Source of the DNA: a virus
Taxonomy: Duplodnaviria > Heunggongvirae > Uroviricota > Caudoviricetes
Strand: one strand, 5' to 3'
IMG/VR virus record: IMGVR_UViG_2671180890_000004
DNA: 64,000 nucleotides
The notes below the pieces were generated by a model that was not told the origin of the DNA, made no database searches, and worked only from the letters and a program-made list of their open reading frames with translations. Positions 39,749 to 50,511 of the stretch are shown here, piece after piece. Position 1 is the first letter of the stretch. Each line of letters opens with the position of its first letter. The translations under genes were made by a program, and so were the position numbers.

Positions 39749-41256
39749 TGGCAATTCTTGATGATGTGATTGGCGTTTTTTCACCAGGATGGAAAGCGGC
39801 AAGGCTGCGTTCCCGTGCGGTGATCCTGGCTTATGAGGCCGTAAAAACGACGCGGACACACAAAGCCCGGCGGGAAAACCGAACTGCCGACCAGTTAAGC
39901 CAGTACGGGGCCGTGTCGTTACGTGAGCAGGCCCGTTACCTTGATAACAACCACGATCTGGTCATTGGTGTATTTGACAAGCTGGAAGAACGGGTGGTGG
40001 GGAAAAACGGGATTATTGTCGAGCCACATCCGGTATTACGCAATGGGGCCATTGCCCGTGACCTGGCTGCGGAGATTCGCACCCGATGGAGTGAATGGTC
40101 TGTCAGCCCGGAAGTCACCGGGCAGTTTACCCGTCCGATGCTGGAACGTCTGATGCTGCGTACCTGGCTGCGCGATGGTGAGGTGTTTGCCCAGATGGTT
40201 TCCGGGCGCATAAACAGCCTGACGCCTTCTGCCGGTGTTCATTTCTGGCTGGAGGCACTTGAGCCGGACTTTATTCCCATGACCAGTGATGAGAGCAACA
40301 GGCTGAATCAGGGCGTGTTTGTTGATGACTGGGGGCGTCCCGAAAAATATCTGGTGTATAAAAGTCGTCCTGTATCCGGACGGCAGATGGAAACCAAAGA
40401 AGTGGATGCAGAGCGAATGCTGCATCTTAAATTTGTTCGCCGTCTGCACCAGATGCGCGGGACGTCTTTATTGTCCGGTGTACTGATCCGCCTCAGTGCC
40501 CTGAAAGAGTATGAAGATTCTGAGCTGACTGCAGCAAGGATCGCCGCTGCTCTGGGGATGTACATCCGCAAAGGCGACGGGCAGAGCTATGAACCGGATG
40601 GTAATGGCAGCAAGGATAAGGAACGCGAGCTTACCATTCAGCCAGGCATTATTTACGACGATCTGAAACCCGGAGAAGAAATCGGAATGGTGAAGTCGGA
40701 TCGTCCCAATCCTAACCTTGAAACTTTTCGTAATGGTCAGTTGCGTGCAGTGGCGGCTGGCAGTCGTCTGAGTTTTTCCAGTACAGCGCGCAACTATAAC
40801 GGCACTTACAGCGCCCAGCGTCAGGAGCTGGTTGAATCCACTGATGGCTACCTGATCCTGCAGGACTGGTTTATTGGTGCCGTCACCCGCCCGATGTACC
40901 GTGCCTGGCTGAAACAGGCTGTGGCATCCGGTGTTATCAGGCTACCCCGCGATCTTGACCGTTCTTCACTGTATACCGCGGTGTATTCCGGACCGGTGAT
41001 GCCGTGGATTGACCCTGTTAAGGAGGCTGAGGCCTGGAAAATCCAGATTCGTGGTGGAGCGGCGACAGAATCAGACTGGGTACGTGCTGGTGGTCGTAAT
41101 CCGGATGATGTCAAACGTCGGCGCAAGGCCGAAATTGATGAAAACCGCAAGCTGGATCTGGTATTTGATACCGATCCGGCCAGTGATAAAGGAGGCAGCA
41201 GTGCCGCAACGAAACGACAGGAGCCGCAGCACATCGACGACCAGTCCGAAGAATAA
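39748..41256 (+). CDS. portal protein (lambda gpB family)
   Basis: ATG overlaps the W stop (TGATG); size and order. Confidence 0.8.
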   Translation: MAILDDVIGVFSPGWKAARLRSRAVILAYEAVKTTRTHKARRENRTADQLSQYGAVSLREQARYLDNNHDLVIGVFDKLEERVVGKNGIIVEPHPVLRNGAIARDLAAEIRTRWSEWSVSPEVTGQFTRPMLERLMLRTWLRDGEVFAQMVSGRINSLTPSAGVHFWLEALEPDFIPMTSDESNRLNQGVFVDDWGRPEKYLVYKSRPVSGRQMETKEVDAERMLHLKFVRRLHQMRGTSLLSGVLIRLSALKEYEDSELTAARIAAALGMYIRKGDGQSYEPDGNGSKDKERELTIQPGIIYDDLKPGEEIGMVKSDRPNPNLETFRNGQLRAVAAGSRLSFSSTARNYNGTYSAQRQELVESTDGYLILQDWFIGAVTRPMYRAWLKQAVASGVIRLPRDLDRSSLYTAVYSGPVMPWIDPVKEAEAWKIQIRGGAATESDWVRAGGRNPDDVKRRRKAEIDENRKLDLVFDTDPASDKGGSSAATKRQEPQHIDDQSEE

Positions 41257-41269
41257 TTCCTGGTTCAGG

Positions 41270-43228
41270 ATGCAGGCTGGTCACCAGAGTGACGCGGATA
41301 TTTATATTTATGACGAGATTGGTTTCTGGGGTGTTACAGCGAAGCAGTTTATCAGTGATCTGAATGCACTGGGCGATATCACCCACATTAATCTCCATAT
41401 CAATTCACCGGGTGGCGATGTCTTTGAAGGCATCGCCATTTTTAATGCACTGAAAACACATGGTGCGTCCATTACCGTTTATGTCGACGGTGTGGCGGCG
41501 TCAATGGCGTCGGTCATTGCGATGGTGGGAAACCCGGTCATTATGCCGGAAAACACCTTCATGATGATTCATAAACCATTTGGCTTTACGGGCGGTGATG
41601 CGGAGGACATGCGCACCTATGCCGACCTGCTCGATAAGGTTGAGGCGGTTCTGTTACCCGCTTATGCACAGAAAACCGGGAAAACCACCGATGAAATTGC
41701 TGCCATGCTGGCGGATGAGACCTGGATGTCCGGTGCCGAATGTCTGGCACAGGGATTTGCTGATCAGGTGACGCCAGCCGTTAAGGCAATGGCATGTATT
41801 CAGTCAAAACGTACAGAGGAATTTAAAAAGATGCCGGAATCCATTCGAAACATGATTACTCCGCCACGCAACAGTGCTCCACGCGTACAGGATGATGAAC
41901 CTGCAGCCTCCCGGACGCCAGTGCAGGCAGCAGCACCCGTGGTGGATGAAAACAGCATCCGTGCGCAGGTACTGGCAGAGCAAAAAGCGCGTGTAAACGG
42001 TATTAATGATCTGTTTGCCATGTTTGGCGGGCGTTATCAGACGCTGCAGGCTCAGTGTCTTGCCGATCCTGAATGTTCGCTGGAGCAGGCCCGCGAAAAG
42101 CTGTTGAACGAGATGGGGCGCGAGTCCACGCCATCCAATAAAAATACCCCGGCTCATATTTATGCCGGTAACGGTAATTTTGTGGGGGACGGGATCCGCC
42201 AGGCGCTGATGGCGCGTGCCGGATTTGAAAAAACCGAACGTGATAATGTCTACAACGGGATGACCCTGCGTGAATATGCCCGTATGTCACTGACTGAACG
42301 GGGTATTGGGGTTTCCAGTTATAACCCGATGCAGATGGTCGGTGCGGCGTTCACACACAGTACGTCTGACTTCGGTAATATTCTGCTGGATGTTGCGAAC
42401 AAAGCCATTCTGCAGGGCTGGGAAGATGCCCCTGAAACCTATGAACAGTGGACGCGGAAAGGTCAGTTGTCTGATTTTAAAATTGCCCATCGTGTGGGTA
42501 TGGGGGGCTTCAGTGCTCTGCGTCAGGTGCGTGAAGGGGCGGAATATAAATACGTCACCACCGGAGATAAACAGGCCACTATTGCACTGGCGACCTATGG
42601 CGAGCTGTTCAGTATCACCCGTCAGGCCATTATCAATGATGATCTGAATATGCTGACCGATGTCCCGATGAAACTGGGCCGTGCGGCGAAATCCACTATT
42701 GCCGATCTGGTTTATGCCATTCTGACGTCTAACCCGAAAATCTCCACAGATAATGTAAGTCTGTTCGATAAAGCGAAACATGCAAACGTACTGGAGAGCG
42801 CTGCAATGGACGTGGCATCGCTGGATAAAGCCCGCCAGTTGATGCGCGTTCAGAAAGAGGGGGAGCGTCATCTGAATATTCGTCCTGCGTTCGTACTGGT
42901 ACCGACGGCGATGGAGTCTGTTGCTAACCAGGTCATTCGCTCCTCAAGTGTCAAGGGGGCTGACATTAACGCCGGTATTATTAACCCGGTGAAAGATTTT
43001 GCGACCGTTATTGCAGAGCCTCGTCTTGATGATAACAGCCAGACCACCTTCTACCTGGCTGCGTCAAAAGGCTCCGATACGATTGAAGTGGCTTATCTCA
43101 ACGGTGTGGATACGCCATATATTGATCAGATGGAGGGCTTCAGTGTGGATGGCGTGACAACGAAAGTGCGTATTGACGCCGGTGTCGCGCCAGTTGATCA
43201 CCGTGGTCTGGTGAAATGTACGGCGTAA
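41270..43228 (+). CDS. prohead protease (S49/ClpP-like) fused to major capsid protein
   Basis: N-terminal ClpP/S49-like region (IYIYDEIGFWGV...INSPGGDVFEG...ASMASVIAM) with a long C-terminal capsid-like domain. Confidence 0.7.
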   Translation: MQAGHQSDADIYIYDEIGFWGVTAKQFISDLNALGDITHINLHINSPGGDVFEGIAIFNALKTHGASITVYVDGVAASMASVIAMVGNPVIMPENTFMMIHKPFGFTGGDAEDMRTYADLLDKVEAVLLPAYAQKTGKTTDEIAAMLADETWMSGAECLAQGFADQVTPAVKAMACIQSKRTEEFKKMPESIRNMITPPRNSAPRVQDDEPAASRTPVQAAAPVVDENSIRAQVLAEQKARVNGINDLFAMFGGRYQTLQAQCLADPECSLEQAREKLLNEMGRESTPSNKNTPAHIYAGNGNFVGDGIRQALMARAGFEKTERDNVYNGMTLREYARMSLTERGIGVSSYNPMQMVGAAFTHSTSDFGNILLDVANKAILQGWEDAPETYEQWTRKGQLSDFKIAHRVGMGGFSALRQVREGAEYKYVTTGDKQATIALATYGELFSITRQAIINDDLNMLTDVPMKLGRAAKSTIADLVYAILTSNPKISTDNVSLFDKAKHANVLESAAMDVASLDKARQLMRVQKEGERHLNIRPAFVLVPTAMESVANQVIRSSSVKGADINAGIINPVKDFATVIAEPRLDDNSQTTFYLAASKGSDTIEVAYLNGVDTPYIDQMEGFSVDGVTTKVRIDAGVAPVDHRGLVKCTA

Positions 43229-43251
43229 ACGTCGCAGACAACAACTCTGAT

Positions 43252-43271
43252 GGCCCGTAAGGGCTTTTTTT
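43252..43271 (+). terminator. weak terminator-like hairpin plus T7 after the capsid gene
   Basis: Short stem GCCC / GGGC followed by T7. Confidence 0.35.
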
Positions 43272-43314
43272 GTACCTGAAATCAGCCCCTGAACGGGGCT
43301 GTGCGGAGACAGTT

Positions 43315-43638
43315 ATGGCAAAGAATTTTGTAGAAGAAGGAAAAACGGTGGCGATTGTTGCCAGTGCAGCCATCAGCAGCGGAGATCTGGTGCAGGTGGG
43401 TGATGTTTTTGCGGTGGCGCTGACCGATATTCCACAGGGTGAAACAGGCGACGGCATGACCGAAGGTGTGTTTATGCTGCCTAAGCTGAAAACGGATGAT
43501 ATGAAAACGGGTAAGAAGGTTTATCTGAAGTCCGGAAAAGTTCAGCTGACTAACAGCGGCTCTGATCCGCTGGTCGGGGTTGTCTGGGCAGATGCCGGAA
43601 CCAGTGCAGAAGAAGTGCCGGTAAAACTCAATGTCTGA
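43315..43638 (+). CDS. head decoration / DUF2190-like protein
   Basis: Start at MAKNF with GGAGA RBS; position after the capsid gene. Confidence 0.45.
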   Translation: MAKNFVEEGKTVAIVASAAISSGDLVQVGDVFAVALTDIPQGETGDGMTEGVFMLPKLKTDDMKTGKKVYLKSGKVQLTNSGSDPLVGVVWADAGTSAEEVPVKLNV

Positions 43639-43906
43639 TCCCTTTTCCCGGCTGGCAGCGCGTATGGATGCGATCACGGTCAGAAAGATGGGAAAGACAG
43701 CCTCGATTAATGATGTCGATATGACTGTGATCCCGGGAGAAACACTGGCAGAGCTGAATGCTCTGTCCGGACCTGCGGTCTCTCTGGTGGTGTTTTCTTC
43801 GGGATACCGCCCACGGCGCGGGGATCGCGTTGTTTATGACGGACAACAATGGACGGTCACACGGCATGAACGCTTTAACGGTAAGCCAATGATCTTTATT
43901 GAGTAA
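43631..43906 (+). CDS. head completion/head-tail connector protein
   Basis: Size and position. Confidence 0.45.
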   Translation: MSDPFSRLAARMDAITVRKMGKTASINDVDMTVIPGETLAELNALSGPAVSLVVFSSGYRPRRGDRVVYDGQQWTVTRHERFNGKPMIFIE

Positions 43907-43917
43907 AGAGGTGTGGG

Positions 43918-44496
43918 ATGAAGGGGCTTGAGAATGCCATCCGCAATCTGAACAGCCTTGATACCCGTATGGTGCCACAGGCCAGCGCATGGGCGATAAA
44001 CCGTGTGGCACAGAAAGCGGTCTCGGTTGCCACCCGGCAGGTTGCCGGGAATACCGTTGCGGGAGATAACCAGGTGAAAGGGATCCCCCTGAAACTGGTA
44101 CGTCAGCGTGTCCGGGTGTTTAAAGCCAGTCCGTCAGGAAAAATGACGGCCAGGATCCGCGTTAACCGGGGCAATCTGCCCGCCATTAAGCTGGGGACAG
44201 CCCGGGTCAGACTGGCCCGGCGTGGTGGAAAACTGCAGTACCGTGGCAGCGTGCTGAAGGTGGGTAAATATCTTTTCCGGGATGCGTTTATTCAGCAACT
44301 GGCGAATGGTCGCTGGCATGTGATGCGACGTATTGATGGCAAAAATCGTTACCCCATTGATGTGGTGAAAATCCCGCTGTCCGGGCCGCTGACACAGGCA
44401 TTTGAAGATGCCCGCGACCACATCATTGCTGCGGAAATGCCGAAACAGCTGGGGTATGCACTGAAACAACAACTGAGGTTATGGCTGACCCGATGA
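43918..44496 (+). CDS. minor tail protein Z-like
   Basis: Size, position and gene order relative to U and V. Confidence 0.6.
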   Translation: MKGLENAIRNLNSLDTRMVPQASAWAINRVAQKAVSVATRQVAGNTVAGDNQVKGIPLKLVRQRVRVFKASPSGKMTARIRVNRGNLPAIKLGTARVRLARRGGKLQYRGSVLKVGKYLFRDAFIQQLANGRWHVMRRIDGKNRYPIDVVKIPLSGPLTQAFEDARDHIIAAEMPKQLGYALKQQLRLWLTR

Positions 44497-44894
44497 ACCG
44501 ACATACACAAATCCGCCAGGCCGTACTGGCACGCCTTCGGGAACAGTGTGGAGACAGCGCCACATTTTTTGACGGGCTTCCGGCATTTATTGATGCGCAG
44601 GAACTGCCTGCCGTGGCGGTGTGGCTGAGTGATGCTCAGTACACCGGAAAAATGACGGATGAAGATGACTGGCAGGCTGTTCTGCATATTGCCGTCTTCA
44701 TCCGGGCACAGGCACCGGATTCAGAGCTGGATATGTGGATGGAGAGCACCATTTTCCCTGCCCTGAATGATATACCGGCACTTTCCGGACTCATCGACAC
44801 CCTGATCCCACTCGGTTTTAACTATCAACGTGATAATGAGATGGCCACCTGGGCGATGGCGGAAATCACGTACCAGATCACGTACACGAATTAA
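44481..44894 (+). CDS. minor tail protein U-like
   Basis: Size and position immediately upstream of the major tail protein. Confidence 0.6.
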   Translation: MADPMNRHTQIRQAVLARLREQCGDSATFFDGLPAFIDAQELPAVAVWLSDAQYTGKMTDEDDWQAVLHIAVFIRAQAPDSELDMWMESTIFPALNDIPALSGLIDTLIPLGFNYQRDNEMATWAMAEITYQITYTN

Positions 44895-44904
44895 GGAGGT
44901 GGTA

Positions 44905-45648
44905 ATGACCACACCAAATCCACTGGCAAAGACGAAAGGTGCGGGGACGACGTTCTGGATGTATACCGGCAACGGCGATGCGTTTGCGAACCCTTTGTCG
45001 GACACTGACTGGCTGCGTCTTGCGATGGTGAAGGATCTGCAACCTGGCGAAATGACCGCTGATGCAGAAGATGACACTTATCTCGATGATGAAGATGCAG
45101 ACTGGAAAACGACAACCCAGGGGCAGAAATCCGTTGGTGATACTTCGGCGACGCTGGCCTGGCGTCCGGGTGACAGCGGGCAGAAAAAACTGGTTCAGTT
45201 GTTCGACTCCGGTGAAGTCTGCGCGTTTCGTATCAAATATCCCAACGGCACTGTTGATGTTTTCCGTGGCTGGCTGAGCTCACTGGGTAAAACCATTGCC
45301 TCAAAAGACGTGATGACCCGCACAGTGAAAATCAGCGGTGTTGGGCGTCCGTATCTGGCAGAGGAAGGCACTGAAACAGTGAGCGTTACCGGGCTGACGG
45401 TGGCACCGGCATCTGCCAGTGTAAAAGTGGGAGCAACCACCACGCTGACCTTTACAGTAAAACCTGACGGAGCCAGTGACAAAGCGATCAGCGTGCATTC
45501 GACAGATCCACAGACTGCCACGGTGACCCTGAACGGGCTTGTGGCCACGGTGAAAGGCGTGAAGCAGGGCAGTGTCAGCATTGTGGGCATGACTTCTGAC
45601 GGCGATTTTGTGGCAGTGGCTACGGTGGCTGTCAGCGCCGCAGGTTAA
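44905..45648 (+). CDS. major tail protein V-like with C-terminal Ig-like domain
   Basis: AGGAGG RBS; C-terminal Ig-like (Big_2) segment VSVTGLTVAPASASVKVGATTTLTFTVKPDGASD. Confidence 0.75.
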   Translation: MTTPNPLAKTKGAGTTFWMYTGNGDAFANPLSDTDWLRLAMVKDLQPGEMTADAEDDTYLDDEDADWKTTTQGQKSVGDTSATLAWRPGDSGQKKLVQLFDSGEVCAFRIKYPNGTVDVFRGWLSSLGKTIASKDVMTRTVKISGVGRPYLAEEGTETVSVTGLTVAPASASVKVGATTTLTFTVKPDGASDKAISVHSTDPQTATVTLNGLVATVKGVKQGSVSIVGMTSDGDFVAVATVAVSAAG

Positions 45649-45705
45649 CAGGACGATACTCATCATTTGCCCCGGTTATCAGGGGCTTTTTTGCAGGTGG
45701 AGAAC

Positions 45706-46095
45706 ATGATGTTTCTGAAACAGGGCACGTTTAATTATGAAAAGCAGTCCGTGGTGCTCAGTGAGCTGTCCGGGCTGCAGAGAATTGAATATCTGGCGTT
45801 TGTTCAGCAGCGAACGGCAAAGTTTGATGCCGAAGAGGGAGAACTGCCGGAGGCTGAACGACAGATTGCTTTTCTGCGGATGGGGATGGATATCAATGCC
45901 TGGCTGGTTTCCCGCTCACTGTGGAATGCGGAACAGTCTCAGGATGTTGAGACGCTTTGCGCATCCGTTATTACAACATGGTCGTATGATGCCCTGGGAG
46001 CGGGGGCGGAGATGGTTCTGTCGCTGAGCGGTATGGGAGCCATTGAGAATGCCGGGGATTTGGAGCATGAGGTGCTGACGCCGGAAAAGTCCTGA
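45706..46095 (+). CDS. tail assembly chaperone G
   Basis: Position before the tape measure; followed by an ORF in the -1 frame. Confidence 0.7.
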   Translation: MMFLKQGTFNYEKQSVVLSELSGLQRIEYLAFVQQRTAKFDAEEGELPEAERQIAFLRMGMDINAWLVSRSLWNAEQSQDVETLCASVITTWSYDALGAGAEMVLSLSGMGAIENAGDLEHEVLTPEKS

Positions 46096-46103
46096 CGCGG
46101 GAA

Positions 46104-46433
46104 ATGCAGTTTGTCATGCGGCTTGCCCGGGAGTTCCGGCGGGCAGACTGGCGGCGGATGCTGTCGGAAATGTCGGCCACTGAGCTTGGTGAGTGGGGCG
46201 ATTATTTCCGGATGCAGAGCTTCAGTGATGTGTGGATGGATGCGCAGTTTGCCTCGCTGAAGGCATTGATCGTGAGAATGGTGTCCGGCAGCAGTGATGC
46301 TGCGGTGGCTGATTTCAGCCTTTTACCGGAAGAGAACGGGATACCGGAGCGAACGGACGAAGAACTGATGCATCTTGGGGAAGGTATTTCCGGAGGTGTG
46401 CGTTATGGACCAGATAGCCAACCTGGTCATTGA
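46104..46433 (+). CDS. tail assembly chaperone T segment (expected to be made as a G-T fusion by -1 frameshift)
   Basis: Frame is -1 relative to G and open from 46080; candidate slip site GGAAAAG at 46083-46089. Confidence 0.6.
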   Translation: MQFVMRLAREFRRADWRRMLSEMSATELGEWGDYFRMQSFSDVWMDAQFASLKALIVRMVSGSSDAAVADFSLLPEENGIPERTDEELMHLGEGISGGVRYGPDSQPGH

Positions 46434-49400
46434 TTTGGGGATTGATGCGGCAGAGTTTAAAAATGAAATTCCCCGTATCAAAAACCTTCTGAATGGTGCA
46501 GCCAGCGATGCAGAACGGTCTTCTGCCCGTATGCAGCGTTTTATGGAGCGTCAGACTCAGGCCGCCCGGCAGACAATGCAGGCGGCGTCTTCGGCTGCAA
46601 CAGCCGCATCCGTCCATGCGCAGACGGTGGAGAAGAGCGCACAGGCTCATGAACGCATGGCCCGCGAGGTGGAGCAAACCCGCCAGCGTATGGAGGCACT
46701 GAGCCAGAAAATGCGCGAGGAACAGGCGCAGGCCATGGCTCTGGCGGAGGCTCAGGATAAAGCGGCTGCCGCGTTTTATCGTCAGATTGACAGTGTGAAA
46801 CAGGCCAGTGCGGGGTTGCAGGAATTACAGCGTATTCAGCAGCAGATCCGACAGGCCAGAAACAGTGGCGGGATTGGTCAGCAGGATTATCTGGCGCTGA
46901 TTTCTGAGGTTACGGCGAAAACCCGTGTTCTTACGCAGGCTGAGGCAGAGGCTACCCGACAGAAAGTGGCGTTTATCCGTCAGCTTAAAGAGCAGGCAAC
47001 CCGCCAGAATCTTTCTTCTTCTGAGTTGCTTCGTGCCAGGGCTGCCCAGCTGGGGGTAAGCAGTGCTGCAGAAGTGTATATCCGCAAAATGGAGCGGGCA
47101 GGAAAAGCCACGCATTCGCTGGGTCTGAAAAGTGCAGCGGCCCGCCAGGAGATAGGCGTTCTGATAGGTGAACTGGCCCGCGGCAATTTAGGGGCGCTGA
47201 GGGGATCCGGGATAACGCTGGCTAACCGTGCCGGATGGATAGACACACTGATGTCACCGAAAGGCATGATGCTGGGCGGGGTTATTGGCGGTATTACCGC
47301 GGCCGTCTATGGTCTGGGTAAAGCCTGGTATGACGGTCAGAAGGAGGGGGAAGAATTTAACCGCCAGCTGTCGCTGACGGGGCATTATGCCGGAGTCACT
47401 GCCGGGCAGCTGTGGACGCTCAGTCGTGCTATTTCCGGGAATGGTATCACGCAACATGCTGCAGCCGGTGCGCTGGCTCAGGTGGTGGGGAGTGGTGCAT
47501 TTCGTGGAAACGATATCGGTATGGTGGCGAGAGCTGCCGCACAGATGGAGCGATCGGTTGGCCAGTCGATCAGCGATACCATAAATCAGTTTAAGCGGCT
47601 GAAGGATGATCCTGTAAATGCCGCGAAGGCTCTGGACAATGAGCTGCATTTTCTTACTGCCACTCAGCTTGAGCAGATACGCATCCTTGGAGAGCAGGGG
47701 CGGTCCAGTGATGCGGCACGGATAGCCATGTCTGCACTGGCAGAGGAAACCGGTCGGCGTACTGCGGATATTGATAATAACCTCAATGCGCTGGGTAGTA
47801 CGCTGCAAACCTTGTCTGACTGGTGGAAGCAGTTCTGGGATGCGGCCATGAATATTGGTCGTGAAGATTCGCTGGATGCGCAGATTGCCACTTTGCAGGA
47901 GAAAGTATCGCGGGCGAAAAGACTCCCCTGGACGGCATCATCTTCTCAGGTTGAATACGATCAGCAGCGTCTTAACGAGCTTCAGGAGAAAAAACGCCAG
48001 AAGGATTTGCAGGATGCAAAAGAGCAGGCAGAGCGGAATTATCAGGAGCAACAGAAACGCCGTAATGCTGAAAATGCTGCACTGAACCGGATGAATGAAA
48101 CGGAAGCAGCACGACATCAGCGTGAAATTGCGCGTATTAATGCCATGCAGTACGCCGATCAGGCTGTCAGGGATGCGGCGATACAACGTGAAAATGAACG
48201 TTACGAGAAAGCCCTGGCATCCGGTAAGAAAAAAACACGCGAAACCCGTAATGATGAGGCCACCCGGTTATTGCTGCAGTACAGCCAGCAACAGGCACAG
48301 GTGGAAGGACAGATTGCTGCTGCCAGACAGTCAGCAGGCATTGCCACTGACAGGATGACAGAAGCGCATAAACAGCTTCTGGCTCTGCAGCAGCGCATCA
48401 GCGACCTGGACGGGAAAAAACTGACGGCAGATGAAAAGAGTGTGCTGGCCCGTAAAGATGAACTGATTCAGGCACTGACGCTGCTGGATGTAAAACAGCA
48501 GGAGCTTCAGAAACAGACGGCACTCAACGATCTGAAGAAAAAAACAATTCAGCTGACCAGTCAACTGGCTGAAGAAGAGCGCGCTCAGCGTCAGCAACAT
48601 GACCTGGATATCGCCACGGTGGGTATGGGTGATCAGCAGCGGCAGCGATATCAGGTACAACTGAGCCTTCGCCAGAAATACCAGCAACAGCTGGAGCAGT
48701 TGAGGCGGGATAGTGAGCAGAAAGGGACATATAACACGGATGACTACAGAAAGGCCGAGCAGGCGCTGACGGAGAGCCTGAACAGGCAACTGAATGAGAA
48801 TCGCCGTTACTGGCAACAGCTTGAAATTGCTCAGGGTAACTGGAAAAACGGTGCCATGCGGGCGTTTCAGAATTTCACGGCAGATGCGGATAATGCGGCA
48901 GGAACAGCAGAACAGGTGTTCTCGTCAGCTTTCAGCAACATGGGAAATGGCCTGGCAACTTTTGTCACTACCGGCAAACTCAACTTCAAATCCTTCACCT
49001 CTTCGGTGCTGTCAGATATGGCGAAAATCCTGGCGCAGGCAACCATGATGAAATCGATAAAAGGGATTGGCAGTGTACTGGGATTTGATCTCAGCAGCCT
49101 TTCCCTGAATGCCAATGGGGGATTTATCAGTCTGCTGATTTGAGTCGTTACAGTGGCACGGTGGTTAACCGTCCGACGTTTTTTGCTTTTGCAAAAGGCG
49201 CGGGTGTGATGGGGGAAGCTGGACCTGAAGCCATTCTGCCACTGCGTCGTGGTGCTGACGGTAAGCTGGGGGTTGTGGCGGATATTGGTGGTTCAGGTAT
49301 GGCGATGTTTGCCCCGCAGTACAACATCGAGATCAATAACGATGGCACGAACGGGCAGATAGGTCCGGCTGCCCTGAAGGTGGTTTATGACCTCGGGAAA

Positions 49401-49469
49401 AAAGCGGCAGCGGACTTTATGCAACAGCAGGCCCGTGATGGTGGTCGGTTAAGTGGAGCATATCGGTAA
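46405..49469 (+). pseudogene. tape measure protein H, split by an apparent 1-nt frameshift near 49117-49140
   Basis: N-part 46405..49143 and C-part 49140..49469 (lambda H-like ...NNDGTNGQIGPAALK... C-terminus) are in different frames. Confidence 0.7.
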
Positions 49470-49798
49470 TGGAGACGTTTCACTGGAAAGTGCGCCCGGA
49501 TATGAATGTGGTATCAGAGCCGAAAGTGGTGACAGTGAAGCTGGGCGATGGTTATGAACAGCGTCGTGCGGCGGGACTGAATAACCAGTTGTCGACTTAC
49601 AGCGTGACGATACGTGTTCGTAAATGTGAACACCCATCTTTAAAAGCCTTTCTGGAACGGCACGGTGGCGTCCGCGCATTTCAGTGGACGCCACCTTATG
49701 ACTGGAAGCCGATCAGGGTGGTTTGTCGTAAATGGTCGGCAAGCGTGGGGGCGCTGTGGGTAACCATAACGGCAGATTTTGAACAGGTCGTGGCATAG
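49469..49798 (+). CDS. minor tail protein M
   Basis: Similarity to lambda M (GDGYEQR...GGVRAFQWTPPY). Confidence 0.8.
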   Translation: METFHWKVRPDMNVVSEPKVVTVKLGDGYEQRRAAGLNNQLSTYSVTIRVRKCEHPSLKAFLERHGGVRAFQWTPPYDWKPIRVVCRKWSASVGALWVTITADFEQVVA

Positions 49799-49804
49799 GA
49801 GGCC

Positions 49805-50506
49805 ATGATGCAGGATATTCCACAGGAAACACATCATGAGACGACACGCCTCACTCAGTCAGCCCAGGTGGTGCTCTGGGAAATCGATCTGACAGAGGTC
49901 GGTGGTGAACGTTATTTTTTCTGTAATGAGCAGAACGAAAAAGGTGAGCCGGTCACCTGGCAGGGGCGGCAGTATCAGGCATACCCCATTCAGGGGACAG
50001 GATTTGAACTGAACGGCAAGGGCAGTGCTGCCCGTCCGACACTGACGGTTTCTAACCTGCACGGTATGGTCACCGGTATGGCGGAAGATCTGCAGAGTCT
50101 GGTCGGCGGAACGGTGGTCCGGCGTAAGGTTTACGCCCGTTTTCTGGATGCGGTGAACTTCGTCAACGGAAACAGTGATGCCGACCCGGAGCAGGAGGTG
50201 ATCAGCCGCTGGCGCATCGAGCAGTGCAGTGAACTGAGTGCGGTCAGTGCTTCTTTTGTACTGTCCACGCCGACGGAAACGGACGGTGCTGTTTTTCCGG
50301 GGCGTATCATGCTGGCCAACACCTGCACCTGGACCTATCGCGGTGATGAGTGCGGTTATAACGGTCCGGCTGTCGCGGATGAATATGACCAGCCGACGTC
50401 CGATATCACGAAGGATAAATGCAGCAAATGCCTGAGCGGCTGTAAGTTTCGCAATAACGTCGGCAACTTTGGCGGTTACCTTTCCATTAACAAACTTTCG
50501 CAGTAA
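49805..50506 (+). CDS. minor tail protein L
   Basis: Lambda L-like; C-terminal Cys cluster (CSKCLSGCKF). Confidence 0.8.
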   Translation: MMQDIPQETHHETTRLTQSAQVVLWEIDLTEVGGERYFFCNEQNEKGEPVTWQGRQYQAYPIQGTGFELNGKGSAARPTLTVSNLHGMVTGMAEDLQSLVGGTVVRRKVYARFLDAVNFVNGNSDADPEQEVISRWRIEQCSELSAVSASFVLSTPTETDGAVFPGRIMLANTCTWTYRGDECGYNGPAVADEYDQPTSDITKDKCSKCLSGCKFRNNVGNFGGYLSINKLSQ

Positions 50507-50511
50507 ATCCC

